A DNA stretch of 64,000 bases from the NCBI RefSeq assembly GCF_009914755.1, contig NC_060929.1; one strand, given 5' to 3'. The first letter of the stretch is position 1; the number at the start of each line of letters is the position of its first letter. A model generated the notes under the pieces. That model was not told the origin of the DNA, did not search any database, and saw only the letters and a program-made list of their open reading frames with translations. Below, piece by piece: positions 25,597 to 40,600 of the stretch. The position numbers and the translations under genes were made by a program. The stretch comes from the human T2T-CHM13v2.0 reference genome, Homo sapiens.

Positions 25597-26081
25597 GCAC
25601 CTCTTGGAAAAGGCTAGGATTTAGAATACAGAGGCTGTGGAGTAGGGCATTTGTTGGGGTTCGAAAAGCTGGGAGGTGAAACTGCTCAGGGAGGCTCCCT
25701 CCATTTCTCCAGTACACAGTTCCATCATGTTTTTCTGAAAAGCTGACTTGATAACATTCATGGAGCTGCTCATCTCAACATGGGAAACTGAGCTAATACG
25801 GCTTCCTCTTCTTAAGACCCATTCCCACTGACTGCCTTCAGTGGCATTTCCATAGACCTCCTACTTCACCAGCCTGGAGCCAACCCAGGCATCAATTCCT
25901 TTCTTAGACCACTCTCTTCCACCCTGCAGCGCCTCACGCTGTGAACACTCCTGGGTTACCCACTGCTCCCGTGGCACTGTGGCCCCAAGTCCCTATTACT
26001 GGCCCTTGGGGACACCTCACAGCATTTCCTCTCATCCTAAGCTCATCTCTGCCATTTTTCATTCCAGTACATACATTCTAA

Positions 26082-26422
<341 letters not shown>

Positions 26423-26690
26423 GTGCTTAAGATCTTAAAGTGGCCAGACCCAGCCACCCTTCTTATTTCCTCAGTGGGAAAAAAGGATGATTTTCTGATC
26501 ATGCAAAAATGTGAAGATGAAGAAAAGTGTAAGTGGAAATGAAAGTCACCCATAACTTAACACTCAGAACTACCACTAATATTTTGTTGAATTTTCTTAT
26601 TTCTCATTTTTCTTTTTAAAAATGTATTTTACAACCAAGGTTTGTATCCTATTTTTGTCACTTAATATTTTTTATCAAGAATATTTCCTC

Positions 26691-26984
<294 letters not shown>

Positions 26985-28119
26985 TTCCTCTTTCTTTAAA
27001 TATCACTTGAAGATAAATTTTAAACGGCTACAGAGTATTCTATTGTATAGATGCAAAATAATTTAGTCTACTATTGTTGGATATTTGTATTGCTTAAAGG
27101 ATAGATACCCAGAGTTGGGATTATTGGGAAAAATAGAATATTTTAAAGATATGTATTGCCAAGTTTCTTTACAGAGAGGTTGTCCCAGTGTGTACCCAGA
27201 GTAGAGGTACATGGGATGTACATCCAGCCACAACAGCCAAGGGTTTGGTTCTATGCTTGCCAATTGTATAGATAATTAACAGCGATCCCTTGAATCAGTC
27301 AGTTCATTAGTCAACCTATGTGCTTATGGCTGAGCTCTGCCAATTACTATTTGGATGACCTTTGGTATCTGGCCTTTCTATCTATAACAGCAAAATGGAG
27401 AATTTTAAAAATGGGTAGAGTCTTTATAGTTTCTTTGCTTTCATTTCAGATGGTTTGATAAATAAAATAAAAACTGAAAAATATTTTTATAAACCATAAA
27501 GCATCATCCAAACATAGTCAGCACTGCTACATGGCCAGTAATCTTTTTGACTTTGGGGTAGAAGGGACGCAAGGAATATATGGAGCATCATTCTTATAAT
27601 TCAAGAGGTTTAACAATTGGTAATATTCTACATGTGGCATCATTACAACAACCATGTGTCCAGGATTTCCTGGAAATGTCCTCCCTCTCCCTGGAAAGTC
27701 CATGTGCCAGACATTGTGTCTCAATTTTTGGTTCTGAAATATATTAATTACAGACATAATGTCTATTTTATAATGGGAAAGTTTATAAACCTCATTGAAG
27801 TTAATAGGTTTAAGGATGATTTCTGTAATAATGTAAATTGTTTTAGTTTTGAAAGATGAAAAAGGATAGTTGCAAAAATATATTACTTCCTTTGCTTTTG
27901 GTGAGTCTGAAACATTGTGTGTATGTGTGTATCTGTGTCTGCATATGTAAATATGTACATACACATATATTTTTGTACATATGGATATACACATATTTTT
28001 TAATTGGCAAAAATTCTCTCCTTTCAGATTTGTAGTACTTGATTAGTTTCATTTTCCTTCCTTTAATATAAAGTTGATTTCAAATCAACTAAGCACAAAT
28101 GAGTGTTTTCACTCAAGTG

Positions 28120-28224
28120 CCCTTCCCTTCCTCCTTCCCCCTTCCCCCTTCTCCGTTCCCCCCTTTCCCTTTCCCTTTCCCTTTTCCTTCCCTTTTTCCT
28201 TTCCTTTCCTTTCCTTTTTCCTCT
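28120..28224 (+). repeat. Polypyrimidine low-complexity tract (CCCTT/CCTTT)n
   Basis: About 100 nt almost entirely C/T. Confidence 0.9.
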
Positions 28225-30510
28225 CCTTTCTTCTTTCCTTTCCTAACTTGATCCAGCCAAGTGAAAATCATCCATCTCGGCCAAAAGTTTGTTGGCAAAC
28301 TAATAGTATCCTACAGTGCCATCCTGAAAGAAACAGTTTTTGCTGAAGGTAAAAGTTTTATAAAAGAAAGCATTTTCATAAAGAAAGTAAGTCCTGTTTT
28401 ACTTTGTTTCTGTGGCATTGCTGAGTTGGACAGCAAGTTTAGCTCACTGATGTCCACACAAGTAGGTACACCGAGGAACAAATGTTATTCTCATGATGAC
28501 TCCAGCAGCTGTGATCATGGTGAGCTCTGATGCCAACCAACAACACGGTTCAAGATTTTGATAGGAAATGTGTGCATTGTGTCTTCTCAAACACAAACAT
28601 TTTAAATGACTGCATCATTAAAAACATCCTACTTGTCTGTCTACTTCTTCCTGGTCTTTTCTGAAGTAAAACCTAAGCAGAAACCTCCTAAATTAGTTGT
28701 GTTTTCGAGGGCTTATTGCTCTTACTGTACCTGACACAAACGTATACAAAGTCAAACACCTAAGTTCCTAGCCTCAGGGATCTCCACCTGGATTCTGGGG
28801 ATTCTTTGGATAGAGATTCTGGAAATTGGATGAAGACGTTGAAAGGAATTGGGTTCTTCTCATCCCTGCCCACCCACTCCCCTCATTTATCCTACTCCTC
28901 CTCTACCATCAAGGACCCCTTGCATCCTTCCCTAGGGAACCTGGATATCCTGGGAGGAACTGGCTTTGAAGGCCAGACACTCCCCACACCCTACGTCCTC
29001 CAACTCTCCTCTAAGCCCAGATGGGAGTGGTTGGACCTAGATTATCTCAATATAGATAATTTACTGAGTAGGTAAGTCAAGGAGTATCCCTTGGTTAGGC
29101 CTTATCATTCCTGCCAAAGTCCTGGAAGTGGGAACATCAGGGAAACCTTGTGTGGAATCAAGATCTGGTGGCCTGGGACCACTCAGTCATTGCCAGATTC
29201 TGGCATTCTCCTACCTGAATCCACCTTTGGGCTAGAACAAGGCCAAGGAAAGAAATGAGACTCAAGTGCCCCAGCCTGCTCCACAGAGGCCCTTCATTGC
29301 AGCAATTGTCAGCTGTGGTGTGGGAGGACAGCAGAACCTTTGTGAACCATACATTCCTGCAGAGTTTATATACATTTTTAATTGGTAAAAATTAAAAATA
29401 TATTAAAATTATATATTAAAAGTTAAAAATATATTTTGCTCCAGCCCCGACTAACTCCTTTGTTAAATATCATGGCCCTGGTGAGCACTGTTTTTGACTA
29501 ACAGGTGTCACATCCCTTAGGTGAGTTGGGGATGAAAAGAAGTTGAGAACAACTTTGCTAGTGGACTTTGTCATGCCATGGGCTTGTGATCTTTGCCCAT
29601 TCCCAAATCACTCTAGGCTGAGCTGCTAAGTCCAGGAGCACGATAGGCAAGGACTTATGTAACAGGAGAACAAAGCACCAAACACTCAGAAGGATGACTT
29701 TAATATGGAAACCTCTCTTTTCTGCAAATCTGTGCCCATGCAGCCGCCACAACAAATGGGGATATAAACAAAGCCAATTGTGCTGACTTCACAGCACCCA
29801 TAGATTGCAGCCTCTTCTCAGATTCACTTTAACAAAGGGATAAATCGAACTTGTTGTCGGCTAACAATCCCACATTGTCTTCCCTCTCTCTCGCTACATT
29901 CTCAGAGCTCTAAGAAGCACTGAATGCTTGGATACAAAACCCCATGTGACAGTAGATACATGCCAACTACCCCAAGATCCAGACTTGCTTGACACTTGAT
30001 CTGAACATGACCATAACAGCAGCATTACAACCTTTAATCCAAGTAATGTTCATCTACGGAGAGTCTTTTTATCAACAAGCCTAGTCCAGAGGTCTCTGCC
30101 CTGGCAGGCATGTGGAATGTCTAACACATTACTCAGCTCCATGCCACAAACTGGGGGACCATTTTCCTCTTTCTTCCTCCTCAGTGTTTAGTGGATATAA
30201 TCACACGTTTGTGTGATTACAGTGTGTTATTTACCATGAGATAATAGGGTGGCCAAAGCAGCTTGAGTGCAGGAATTGAAAATGCACAGATCATTTACTT
30301 TAATGGCTGCACAACCTTGGAAACTGTCAGAGGGTCAGAATTTCATGACAGAGTAGCTTATCTCAGGTCTCAGCGTCCAATAGGAACGTGGCCTCTGGGT
30401 TCTCTGCCTTGGTGAAGGAATCTTTAATGGGGAAAACAAACCTCTCCCCTTGCGGTCCCTGGAAAGGCACCAGAAGGCTCCCTTTTCTTATCTGTCCTTC
30501 TGTGATGCTG

Positions 30511-30827
30511 CAGAGAAATGGACAACATTTTGTAAAGAGCCAGCTCTTGGGCTTTGTGAGCTGTAAGCTCTATATTCAGTTCTTCCAATGTAGCACACAA
30601 GTAGCCATAGAAAACACAATACATGAATGAGGGGGGCTGTGTTCCAATAACATTTTATTTATAGACACTGAAATCTTTGAGTTTCACATAATTTTTCAGC
30701 ATGACAAAATGTCCTTCTTTTGATTTTTCAGCTACTTAAAGACGTAAAAACCATTCTTAGCTTACAATACGTACTAAAATAGGTAGCAGACTGGTTTGGC
30801 CTGCAGGCTGTCGTTTGCTGACCCTTG
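30511..30827 (+). mobile_element. MER58B (hAT-Charlie)
   Basis: tgtaaagagccag...gtagccatag...ggctgtgttccaataa...tttggcctgcaggctgtcgtttgctgaccc. Confidence 0.85.
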
Positions 30828-33800
30828 TCTTAGAGCATCTCAAGATGCGACATGGAATTTGGAAAGGAAACCTCCTGCAGGGCTCCTTCCAGCCATGAGG
30901 ATCTGACATTTGGGTAGAAAAGCCTTATGCCTGGCCTGAAGGAGCTTGGCCTTAGTGTTCTCATCTTTTCTCTTGGGCTACCCTTATTTCTGTAGCAGTC
31001 TGATTTAGGAATAAACTAATGATAATGAAGTCCTCAAAGGAACATGAATTCACGTTCAAACATTTTTACATTGTGACTTCTTTTTTTCTCGAATTCATTG
31101 TGGTTTTGAAACATTTTATTCCTCTTTAGCCAACTGTTCTGAGAGTGTTGTTGGCTTTGAAAATTGTAGCAGTTTCAATGAGATAAGCTTGTCAGATTTT
31201 TGAAGCAAAGAAAGGTGTGAAAAGTCACTGAATATCAACACACCAATGGGGCCACTTTAGGTTCTGCTGAGTGCCCAGTGGAGCCCACTTAAAAGCTTTG
31301 TCTCTTGTCCATTTCTCTGTTCTTGTGTCTGCATAGAAAAAAACCTTTCTTCAGATATCTTTTGGTTTTCAGTGATATATTGCTTTTGTGAAGCTTTCAA
31401 TGAAAGAAATAGTTTTGAACATCTATGTGTCAGGTTCTATACCTGAAAATACAACAGACCCTTTGGATAAGATTCCTTGTGAGAACTTAACGACGACTTA
31501 TAATTTTCTTTTGTGGAGCTGAACAACCTTTAATATGCCTTTAATTTTGTTACCTCTGAGGGTTTCAGGCTCCCTGACCTCAGATAAAAGACCAGTATAT
31601 GGGAATAAGAAAAGGTGAATTGATCACAAAAGGCCTGTCTTGCCTTTGCCTGCACTGAATCTGTCCTTACAAAGGAGCTAAGAGAGATAAGCCTACAAGA
31701 TGCTGTCATCCTTCTGTCAGAGACTAGGGTTGTACCAACACAGGTCCCTCTCTCTGATTTTTTTTGGCAAAGAAAGACAGAAGGCAATAGTTTAGTCCTT
31801 TTAAATGCACATAGGTTTGAAAAGGATTTTGAAGCACAGTTTAGTACAATTAGACTGAAAGTCTTAATGTCGTTCTTCATGAAAACGTTGCATGGCTTTG
31901 AAAATGCTCAATAGCTTTATCAGCCACATTCAAAACTTCAGCAAGCAAGCAAGGCCTTCTCCCTCAGCCTGCCTGGTTCAGACACACTGAAGGGCCCAGT
32001 GCTGAGATGAGTAGCCCTGGGCCAGGGAGCAGTCCATGGACCCAAACAGAGTCCAACCCTGGACAATTGTTAACAGGTTTCAGGGTTATTCTCAGCAAAA
32101 GGGAAGCAGCTTTTCTATGCCCCCTACACTCAGGTGGGTGCAGGCAGCCTTGAGTGCAGACAGTTGTTCCCAGCCTAGTGGGAGGGAATATTCACAGGAC
32201 TCGGACATTTTAAGGCAGTGACTAAGAATTTGCTCTTCCTCAGTTTCAATTTTACCTGTAAATGTACATGATGATTTCTGCCGACAGTGACTGGCACAGA
32301 GGAACTTGGAAACACAGGAACTTCAGGCACTGACACACACTTCCTGGTTCGTTCTGACAACCTATTGTCCCTATCTGAGAGTTAGTCCTTATGTTTTTTT
32401 TCTGTGTCCTCATCTCTCTCTCCCTACCTCACATGCATGAACACACATACATACACATGCACACACAAATTTCCTACTTGACCTGTGGCTAGACATAGTG
32501 GTCATCCATAAACTATACAACACATTGACCGTATGTAGGTGGTGGGAAGGCCAACCTTCAATACTAATCTGAGCAACTGCACCCTCTAATCCCTGAGTAC
32601 TGTTCCTCTCATTGGCTGCCACACAAATACTATTAAAGGTGGTTTGCATTTCTATTCCCTGTTCCACCTCCTACCAAGAAATAGAACGATTGGTTCCATG
32701 TAAGATGTGAAAAGCATTCCTATTATATCCAATATTGACTGAGTGATTACTACATGCCAGGCACTGAGCTAGAGATAAGGATTTGAGTGATGAGACAAAA
32801 AAGATTTGCCACTCCCTGGGCCACAGATTACATGTGTAACTTTCTTGGGCAAGTATCTGAACTTCTCTGGGCTGAATCTCTAGGATTGGCACCTGCTCTG
32901 ATAGTCTAAGAATTCAACAGAAATGGGAAGCAGGAGGGAAAGTAGCTTTGGTGTCAGAAGCAGAAATGACTCCTGGAGAAATGTTTGTTCAGTAACAATA
33001 CTATCCAGAGGAAAGAATGAGAAAACAGTAAATGAGGTTAACAGCCACCTGGACACGAGGAGAGAGCAGCCCATTGTGAAGGGAATTGACCAGAATTTGG
33101 AGATCCCCTTCAGAAATGGATCATTTGCCTCTTTGAAAATAAGGAGCTCTTCCACCTGCACAGGTTGCTTACAAGGGGAAGGAGAGGAGTTTTCCTCTTC
33201 TTCGGTTGGTTGTTGACTTGGTCCTCTGTCCCTTCTTTGAATAGACCAAGGGATCTAAGTAACTTTCAACAAGTGGATGCTCCTTGAGTATGGAGGGCTT
33301 GGAATGGAAATGAAGCGTAGGAAGAAAAGTACAAGTCTTGAAGCCACTAAAAGCAGCCTTCAGTCACACTCTTTAATGACTTCTTGGGCCATCCTAGGCA
33401 AACTTTTAAATCTCTGTTTGTCTTTGTTTCCTCCTTTTACAAAGGGGGCTAATAGGAATTCTTCCTGTTTGGATAAGGATTTACAGTTTTCATATGTGTG
33501 CTCATTTAACTTCACATGGGAGGTAGGTGGAAAGGAAGACAGATGCTAATTTGTTCAAATCCTTTGATAATAGGCTGTCCTGTGAACCGTTAGCTATAAG
33601 AAGCATTTGAACTAGAGTCCTAGTCTATTTGGAGCAACTTTTAAATTGATCTTTTAGGAGCCTTTCAACCGTGAGGTCCCTTTGAACTTATAGCCATTCT
33701 AAGAGTGGTTATCATAAATGTAATTACCCACACATAACACAAGATTCCAGCTCTGCACATAACAAGAGATAGACTTATCTCTAAGAAGTGTGTCACTGTA

Positions 33801-34459
33801 TTTCTTCCAGCTGGTACAATAAGCTCTTGGAAGAATTAAACACTACTGAGACAGGCATGGGGCATTCTAGATGCATTGAGCTTGTACTTCCCAGGTGGCT
33901 GGCTTTGTAGATAAAGCACCTAGCACAGCATAAGTGGTTGGTTCTTCCATTTAGTTTGTCTCTAACCCTTCAGGATGAACTTAAGAATGAAACAGCAATT
34001 TCTTTATTCTCCATCCCAATAGAATTTTGAAGGATTCTTGCTGTATTGTGCATGGAAAGCCCTCATTAGCAATGCAAGCACTTCAGAAGGCAATGAGTGA
34101 CTCATACAAGGTCCAGAAATAGTACTGAGGAAAATTGCTTTTATGTAATTTTTTTCTCGGAATGTCATGCTGTGAATACTTATCATCTCAGCAGAGACAA
34201 GTGGGAAAGATCACATCTTCCTGGGCCTGCAGGGATGTTCTGTCTCTCAGAATCATGTCACTGCCTCACAGGCCTCCAGGAGCCACCAGAAATTTGAAGG
34301 AAGCTGTTTAAGCACAACAGGGGAGTGAATAAATGCAGGGTATATGTAAGCAGTAACTCATCTCTTCAGTTTTAATAGTAATGCATTCAGCACGTTTCCT
34401 TCGGTTTATATTTTGTTAGTCTTGTTTTTGCTCCCTGAGGTAGACTTAAACATTTCAGA

Positions 34460-35312
<853 letters not shown>

Positions 35313-37129
35313 AAAATAGATTCTTGAAAAGGGAAGATCCTGAGGGAAGTAGGTGATAAAATTTTTACTCCATCAGTAAATTAGAGAAAGGGCAGAAGTA
35401 TATGATCCAGGACTCTGAACCTAGTGAGATGGATGGAGGCAGTCACACAGCCAGGGTAGGGAAGGAGAGAGGGGCAGGCTTGATCCAAAAGGAGGTCAAG
35501 CTATTGGCAGGTTGAGATTTAGGCCTTAAAACATTCCTTGGAGAGGCTGTAGCCAGCTTAGAAGGAGCTCTTGAAAGCTGAGCCAGGGTCAGCACATCCA
35601 GGGGCCATTTGAGTGGGTACTACCAGGTGCTCATTCAGAAGACTGACACCAGATCTCTCTCCTTCACTGCTGAGTGAGGTCCTGTCATGGACAGCTCTGC
35701 CCATAGCCCAGTGATTACCCAGCAGCAGGATGTCTGCCGGTTTTCCCTAAGCGAGAAAAAGCTGTGACCTCGAAGTGTTCTGAGTTGAAAGCTGTCTTGG
35801 AGTGGAAGGGATGGACACATTTCCTGCAGCTTCCTGGATTCAACTGGCCACTGGGAGTCAAATCAGACTCTGGAGTTTAACACATGGTTTCTAAGGAGTC
35901 CCCAAAGGGTGACTCTGCTGTGTGCAGCATTCCCAACTGTGAAAAGCATGTGGGTTGGAAGGCGGATGAGATGGGGGTAAGCATGGAAGTCATAGCAAAA
36001 GCTTAGGATGGTCACCCTTGGTGGACTGGACTAGTCTGACCTGGTGCTAGAACCTGTCCTCCCTGGGGCAGGCCCAGCTGGTGCCCCAAGGACTTGCATT
36101 TTGTTCCATGCAGCCTCTTGCATTAGGCAATGACCATAGCACCCTGGATAATGACCAGTCTTGGAAAGATTAGCATTCTACATACTTAGTTTTTGAAAAA
36201 AATTATGTAACTGGTGTTCTACTTTTTCCTAGAATCTTTGCCTCTCTAAGGACAAGTCTTTGCTCTTGTAAAGGGAGAAAGGGATCCAAAAAATATTGGT
36301 ATGCAGTAATTTTTGATTAGCATCCCTAGCCAAGTGATAAAGATATATTACATGCTCCGAAATTCTACAATAGCCCACCCAAATCCCTGATTCATTGCCT
36401 GAAGGGGCCCTTTGCAACACAATAGCTTACACTTCAGGCCCAGATTTCAAGAGGACCCATTAATCAGTGATGTGAGGTGGTGAGCGAGAGGGTTTGGCCC
36501 CATGACAACTTGGAAAGTTTGCCATGATTTGGAAAGAACAGCAGCCCACATTCTGAATAGAGAAAGGGAAAAGGGGACAGAATTCTCTGCTGAACAATAA
36601 TGAGAATAAGATGGAACTGCTTCAAAAAGATGTCCATCCAGCAGTAGACGAGTACACCTGTGCATATGGCAAATGTTGGGGACCAGGCTTGGTCATGGTC
36701 ACGTCTGGGAACAGACTGACAGGGATCAGTGGGATGCTCACTTTAAGAGTATCTAGGTAGCTGTCATAAGAATGTGTTTTATTCAGAATAAAAAAAAAAA
36801 TCACTGTGTTTGTAAAAACAAGGATGTTCTTGTTTAGTTGTCTAGGTTTCTGACATTTTGACTTGTGGCTCCTAGAGACTTGAGTGGCAGCGGAGATATT
36901 AATTTTTATGCATGTTGGGCATGAGATATAAACAAAGTGGATATTTCCTTTATGATTCACAAAGTAGTGGAAAGGATTCTGCTTTAAGAATCGGGCAATG
37001 GAGCTAACTCTGCTGCCCTGCTGCAACTCTGTTTGAAACTATGATGTATTATTTTACCCATCAGGCCCTCTGCTTCCTCACATCATTATGGGGTGGGAGT
37101 GGATGGAAGGTAGCTGGGTTAGATGTCTT

Positions 37130-37293
37130 TTATTCATGACCCGGAGGGCTTCAGAGATCTTGCCAGCCCTCTGGAATAGTTTATAATATGTTATGTCTTT
37201 GTGGATATAAATATTTTTTCTCAAAAGAAGGCTTATTGCTTTTATCACATTTTCTAAAGTGGTCTGTGGCTCCCCAAATGTTCAGAACTCTTG
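37130..37293. mobile_element. MER103-like hAT fragment
   Basis: gcttttatcacattttctaaagtggtctgtggctccccaaatgttcagaac resembles the MER103C end. Confidence 0.5.
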
Positions 37294-37704
37294 TACTAGA
37301 TCGCTAAACATCTCCTCTAACTCTTACAGTCCTTGAATGTGCTCTTGTACATCTGTGACTCTAAGGTTAATCCGGTTTATTATGAGAGGTGACCGTGATG
37401 GTATCTTCCCTAAATCTGTTTTGTTTCATTGTAATGTGAGAAAAGTTTCAGGAATGTGAACTTTCCTAGTTCATTCTCATTTTCTGGACTCAGCTGACCT
37501 TTCTTGGGAAAAATAATAGAAAAGTAGGAAATGGGCATCTTTAGCTCCTTTAATCTCTGCAACTCCTGGTTGTGTCTGCTCATCCCACCTCGCAGGGTCT
37601 CACACAGCCCCATTGTGAAACCCAAGCAGATTTCTGCTCTCAGCTCTTTTCTCATTGATCCCTTTCTGCCTTCACCCCACCCTCACTGCAGTTTTCCACC
37701 CAGA

Positions 37705-38143
37705 TAGATGCTCCTTGACTTACAGTGGAACTGCATCCTGATAAGTTAGTAGTAGATGTTCCTTTACCAGACACAGAGGGGATCCCGGAGGTATTAAAAG
37801 GTTGATCCACTGAAGGTTGAAAATGCATTTAATACACCTGACCCATCAAACATCAAAGCTTAGCCTAGTCCACTTTAAATGCACTCAGAACACAAATTTA
37901 TGATTGGACAATAATCATCGAGCAACCCAGTACACTGCAGAGTATCGGTGTTTACTCTTGTGACTGGGAGCTGTGGCTCGCTGCCACTGCCCAGCATCAT
38001 GAGAGAGCATTGTACTGCATGTAGCTAGCCAGAAAAAAGAGGAAAATTCAACACTCAACGATTTCTATGAACGCGTATTTCTTTTGCGTTGACATAAAGT
38101 CAAAAAATTGTTAAGTTGAAGCATTGTAAATCAGGGGCCATCT
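37705..38143 (+). mobile_element. MER47B/Tigger5-type DNA transposon carrying a foreign insert
   Basis: agatgctccttgacttac start, gaaaatgcatttaatacacc...cttagcctag, gactgggagctgtggctcgctgccactgcccagcatc, and end gtaaatcaggggccatct. Confidence 0.85.
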
Positions 38144-38285
38144 TAATGCCCATTCTACATCTATTCTTTAAACAACTGACTTTAATTGAAAAGCTACATG
38201 GGGAATGATCTTTGAGCAGGCGAATCTTTTAATACCTCCAGGATCCCCTCTGCGTCTGGTAAAGGAACATCTACTACTGACTTAT
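37741..38285. repeat. 63-bp inverted repeat (arms 37741-37803 and 38223-38285)
   Basis: Manual alignment of the left arm's reverse complement to the right arm gives 59/63 identity with no gaps. Confidence 0.95.
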
Positions 38286-40109
38286 TGACCTCTGCACGTG
38301 CAAAAGGAGGTGGAGATGGAGGGATGTGTTGTTTCTGAAGGGGAGAGTTCCTGGTGCAGATTTCTTACTGGCTAAACTTGCTGGAAACACCCACAGAAGT
38401 GGCACATCAGACCATTCTGCCCACAAGCATTTTAAAATAAAAATGAAATCAAATGGTCCTCTGTTCGACATACACAAAATTCACTGTTTCAAAAGCACTT
38501 TCAAGATGATTTTTGTTCCTTTAGATTTCTCATTCCAAGGATTTTGCCCCACCCAGCAGGGGAATTACTGAGTATTCTGAGAACTGTGTCTTCTGCCCTG
38601 AGAGTGACCTTCTCAGTGTAATGCCATGCCTCAGGGATGGTCACAGACAGAGCATGGGTCTTCCTAATGGAAGTGAGAGAGTATAAGTGGTAGGGGGAGG
38701 GTGGAGAGAGAGTTTTACCGATACTACTATCTCTGTTCATTAGCAATATTCACAGCTTCGCTTTCTTTGATTTGTGGGAAAACTCTTTTTGTGAAATGAC
38801 ACCTGAGACTCCAATTCTAAGGCACAGGGTGAAGTAAACTGATAGAGAAGTTGATAGGGCACTGCCGTTACAAGTTACCTTGTACCTGCTTTGCAAAACT
38901 TGCTGAAGTATGAGCTGGATGGTGCAATAGTGAGATCTTCCTGTGTTCTCTCACAGGCACCCTGATTTTGTTTTCAGAGGATAAAAATTCATTTTAAGCC
39001 ATTTGAAATTCTGAAAACCATGGAATTTCTTTTTTCTTCTCCTTTCTAAAACAAAAGTTCTTCTCCATCTAAGATACATTAAATGTATAATTTTTTTAAA
39101 GGAATTACTTTGTGAAAACAAGTTCATGGATTCAATTTCAGACTTCTTATTCTTAATGTTTCCACACCTATCAACAGGAACACATGTGGCCCCACAATTC
39201 ACCATTTATGCAGGCTGCATTTCAACGTAGGGGGCAGTTAACCTTTTCCCTTCCATTTGGTGATTCTCTTTACCAGCTTTCTTTATTTCCTGTAGAATAT
39301 TTTAAAAAAGAAAATGTGGGAGACATTTCTATTCACATCACATGTTGTCAAAGCCCTCTTGTGGGATGTGGTTTAACTCTTTAACAGTGGCCCTGTGATA
39401 GCTAAAAATTTGATGTTCAGCAATTACTGCTCTTTGGGAACTCCAAGTACATCCAGCATTGCAGTTTTTTTAAACAATTGGCTCTTTTTTTCTGGGTCCA
39501 TTTCTCATCTCACTTGGCTCCCCATAGAGTTATGAGACAGGCCCTCTGTTTCTACTGAAGTAGAACAACTGACATTTATGGCTCAGCTGGAAGTAGAGAG
39601 GTGGATTGACTGATTCAGGCTTTCATTTTTTTTTTTTTAACTGAAAATGTGATATGGGTTTGTTATGTTTGCTTAATCTTATTTCAGGCTCCCCTATAAA
39701 AATCCTGGTGGGAGAAAGAAAGCAGAGCATCAGCATATGTGTTGAACTTGGAATAAGAAATTTTAATCCTTGGAAAAATGGTATTGTGTAAATTCCAAGT
39801 TGTAACTCGTCCCAATATATTCAGACAGTGGCAGGAACATTTTATTTTTTGTTTTTATGCTCCATTCACACAATAGTGCATTAAAGTGGCCTTTTGAATG
39901 CTTATTTCCCTTAACTTTTCTTTAGGCCTATATTTATTTTATTTGACAGAAACCCTACTGCCTTATATGAAGTAAAGCAGATGTTTTGCATTTACAGATG
40001 GTGCACCTGACAGTCAGAGGTTGAGCAGGTTTGCTAGTGGCCAGCTGTTTGCTTGTGCCCTCAGCATCGGTATATATTTTGACTGCAGAGAGAAAATAAA
40101 AGGCTCTAT

Positions 40110-40600
40110 TGATTGGGCACTTATGTGCTAAGCCCCGTGCTGCACAATTCAGGTTCGCTGGTGAATTTAGGACTTACAAGATCCTATGAGGCAGGTCTTC
40201 TTAACAGCCTACCACTTTATTGTTGAGGAAACTGTGGATCAGAGAAGAGAAATAGCTTTTCCAAGGTCACATTTGAAGTTAGGAAGCAAAGGGGGTGTCT
40301 AAGTACAAATCACTACTATGTTATATCACTTTTACTCAAATGTCAGATGGAGCCCCTCTTGCCACTTCAAAATAAGATTGCCTTGAAATCTACCCCCATC
40401 CAAAAATCTGAGGAAAAGTTCAATAGCATTGCGTGTGTTCATGGGATGTATCATCTTCAGGAGAGGTGGTTCAGCTGAGTGATGAAGAGCCTGGGGTCTG
40501 GAGCATGTTACTCAATCTCCCAAGCCTCGCCTCCCCCATCTAGAACATGGAGGTCAGAATAGCTTCTACGTCAGATGGTTGTCATGAGGATGAAACTGGT
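40110..40600. mobile_element. Two MIR fragments (minus about 40110-40280, plus about 40450-40600)
   Basis: gaggaaactgtggatcagaga...ccaaggtcaca and gttactcaatctcccaagcctc...ggttgtcatgaggatgaa. Confidence 0.7.

Noticed and set aside
27527-27994. 155-aa minus-strand ORF
   Set aside because: Begins in a (TA/CA) low-complexity tract and has no recognisable homology.
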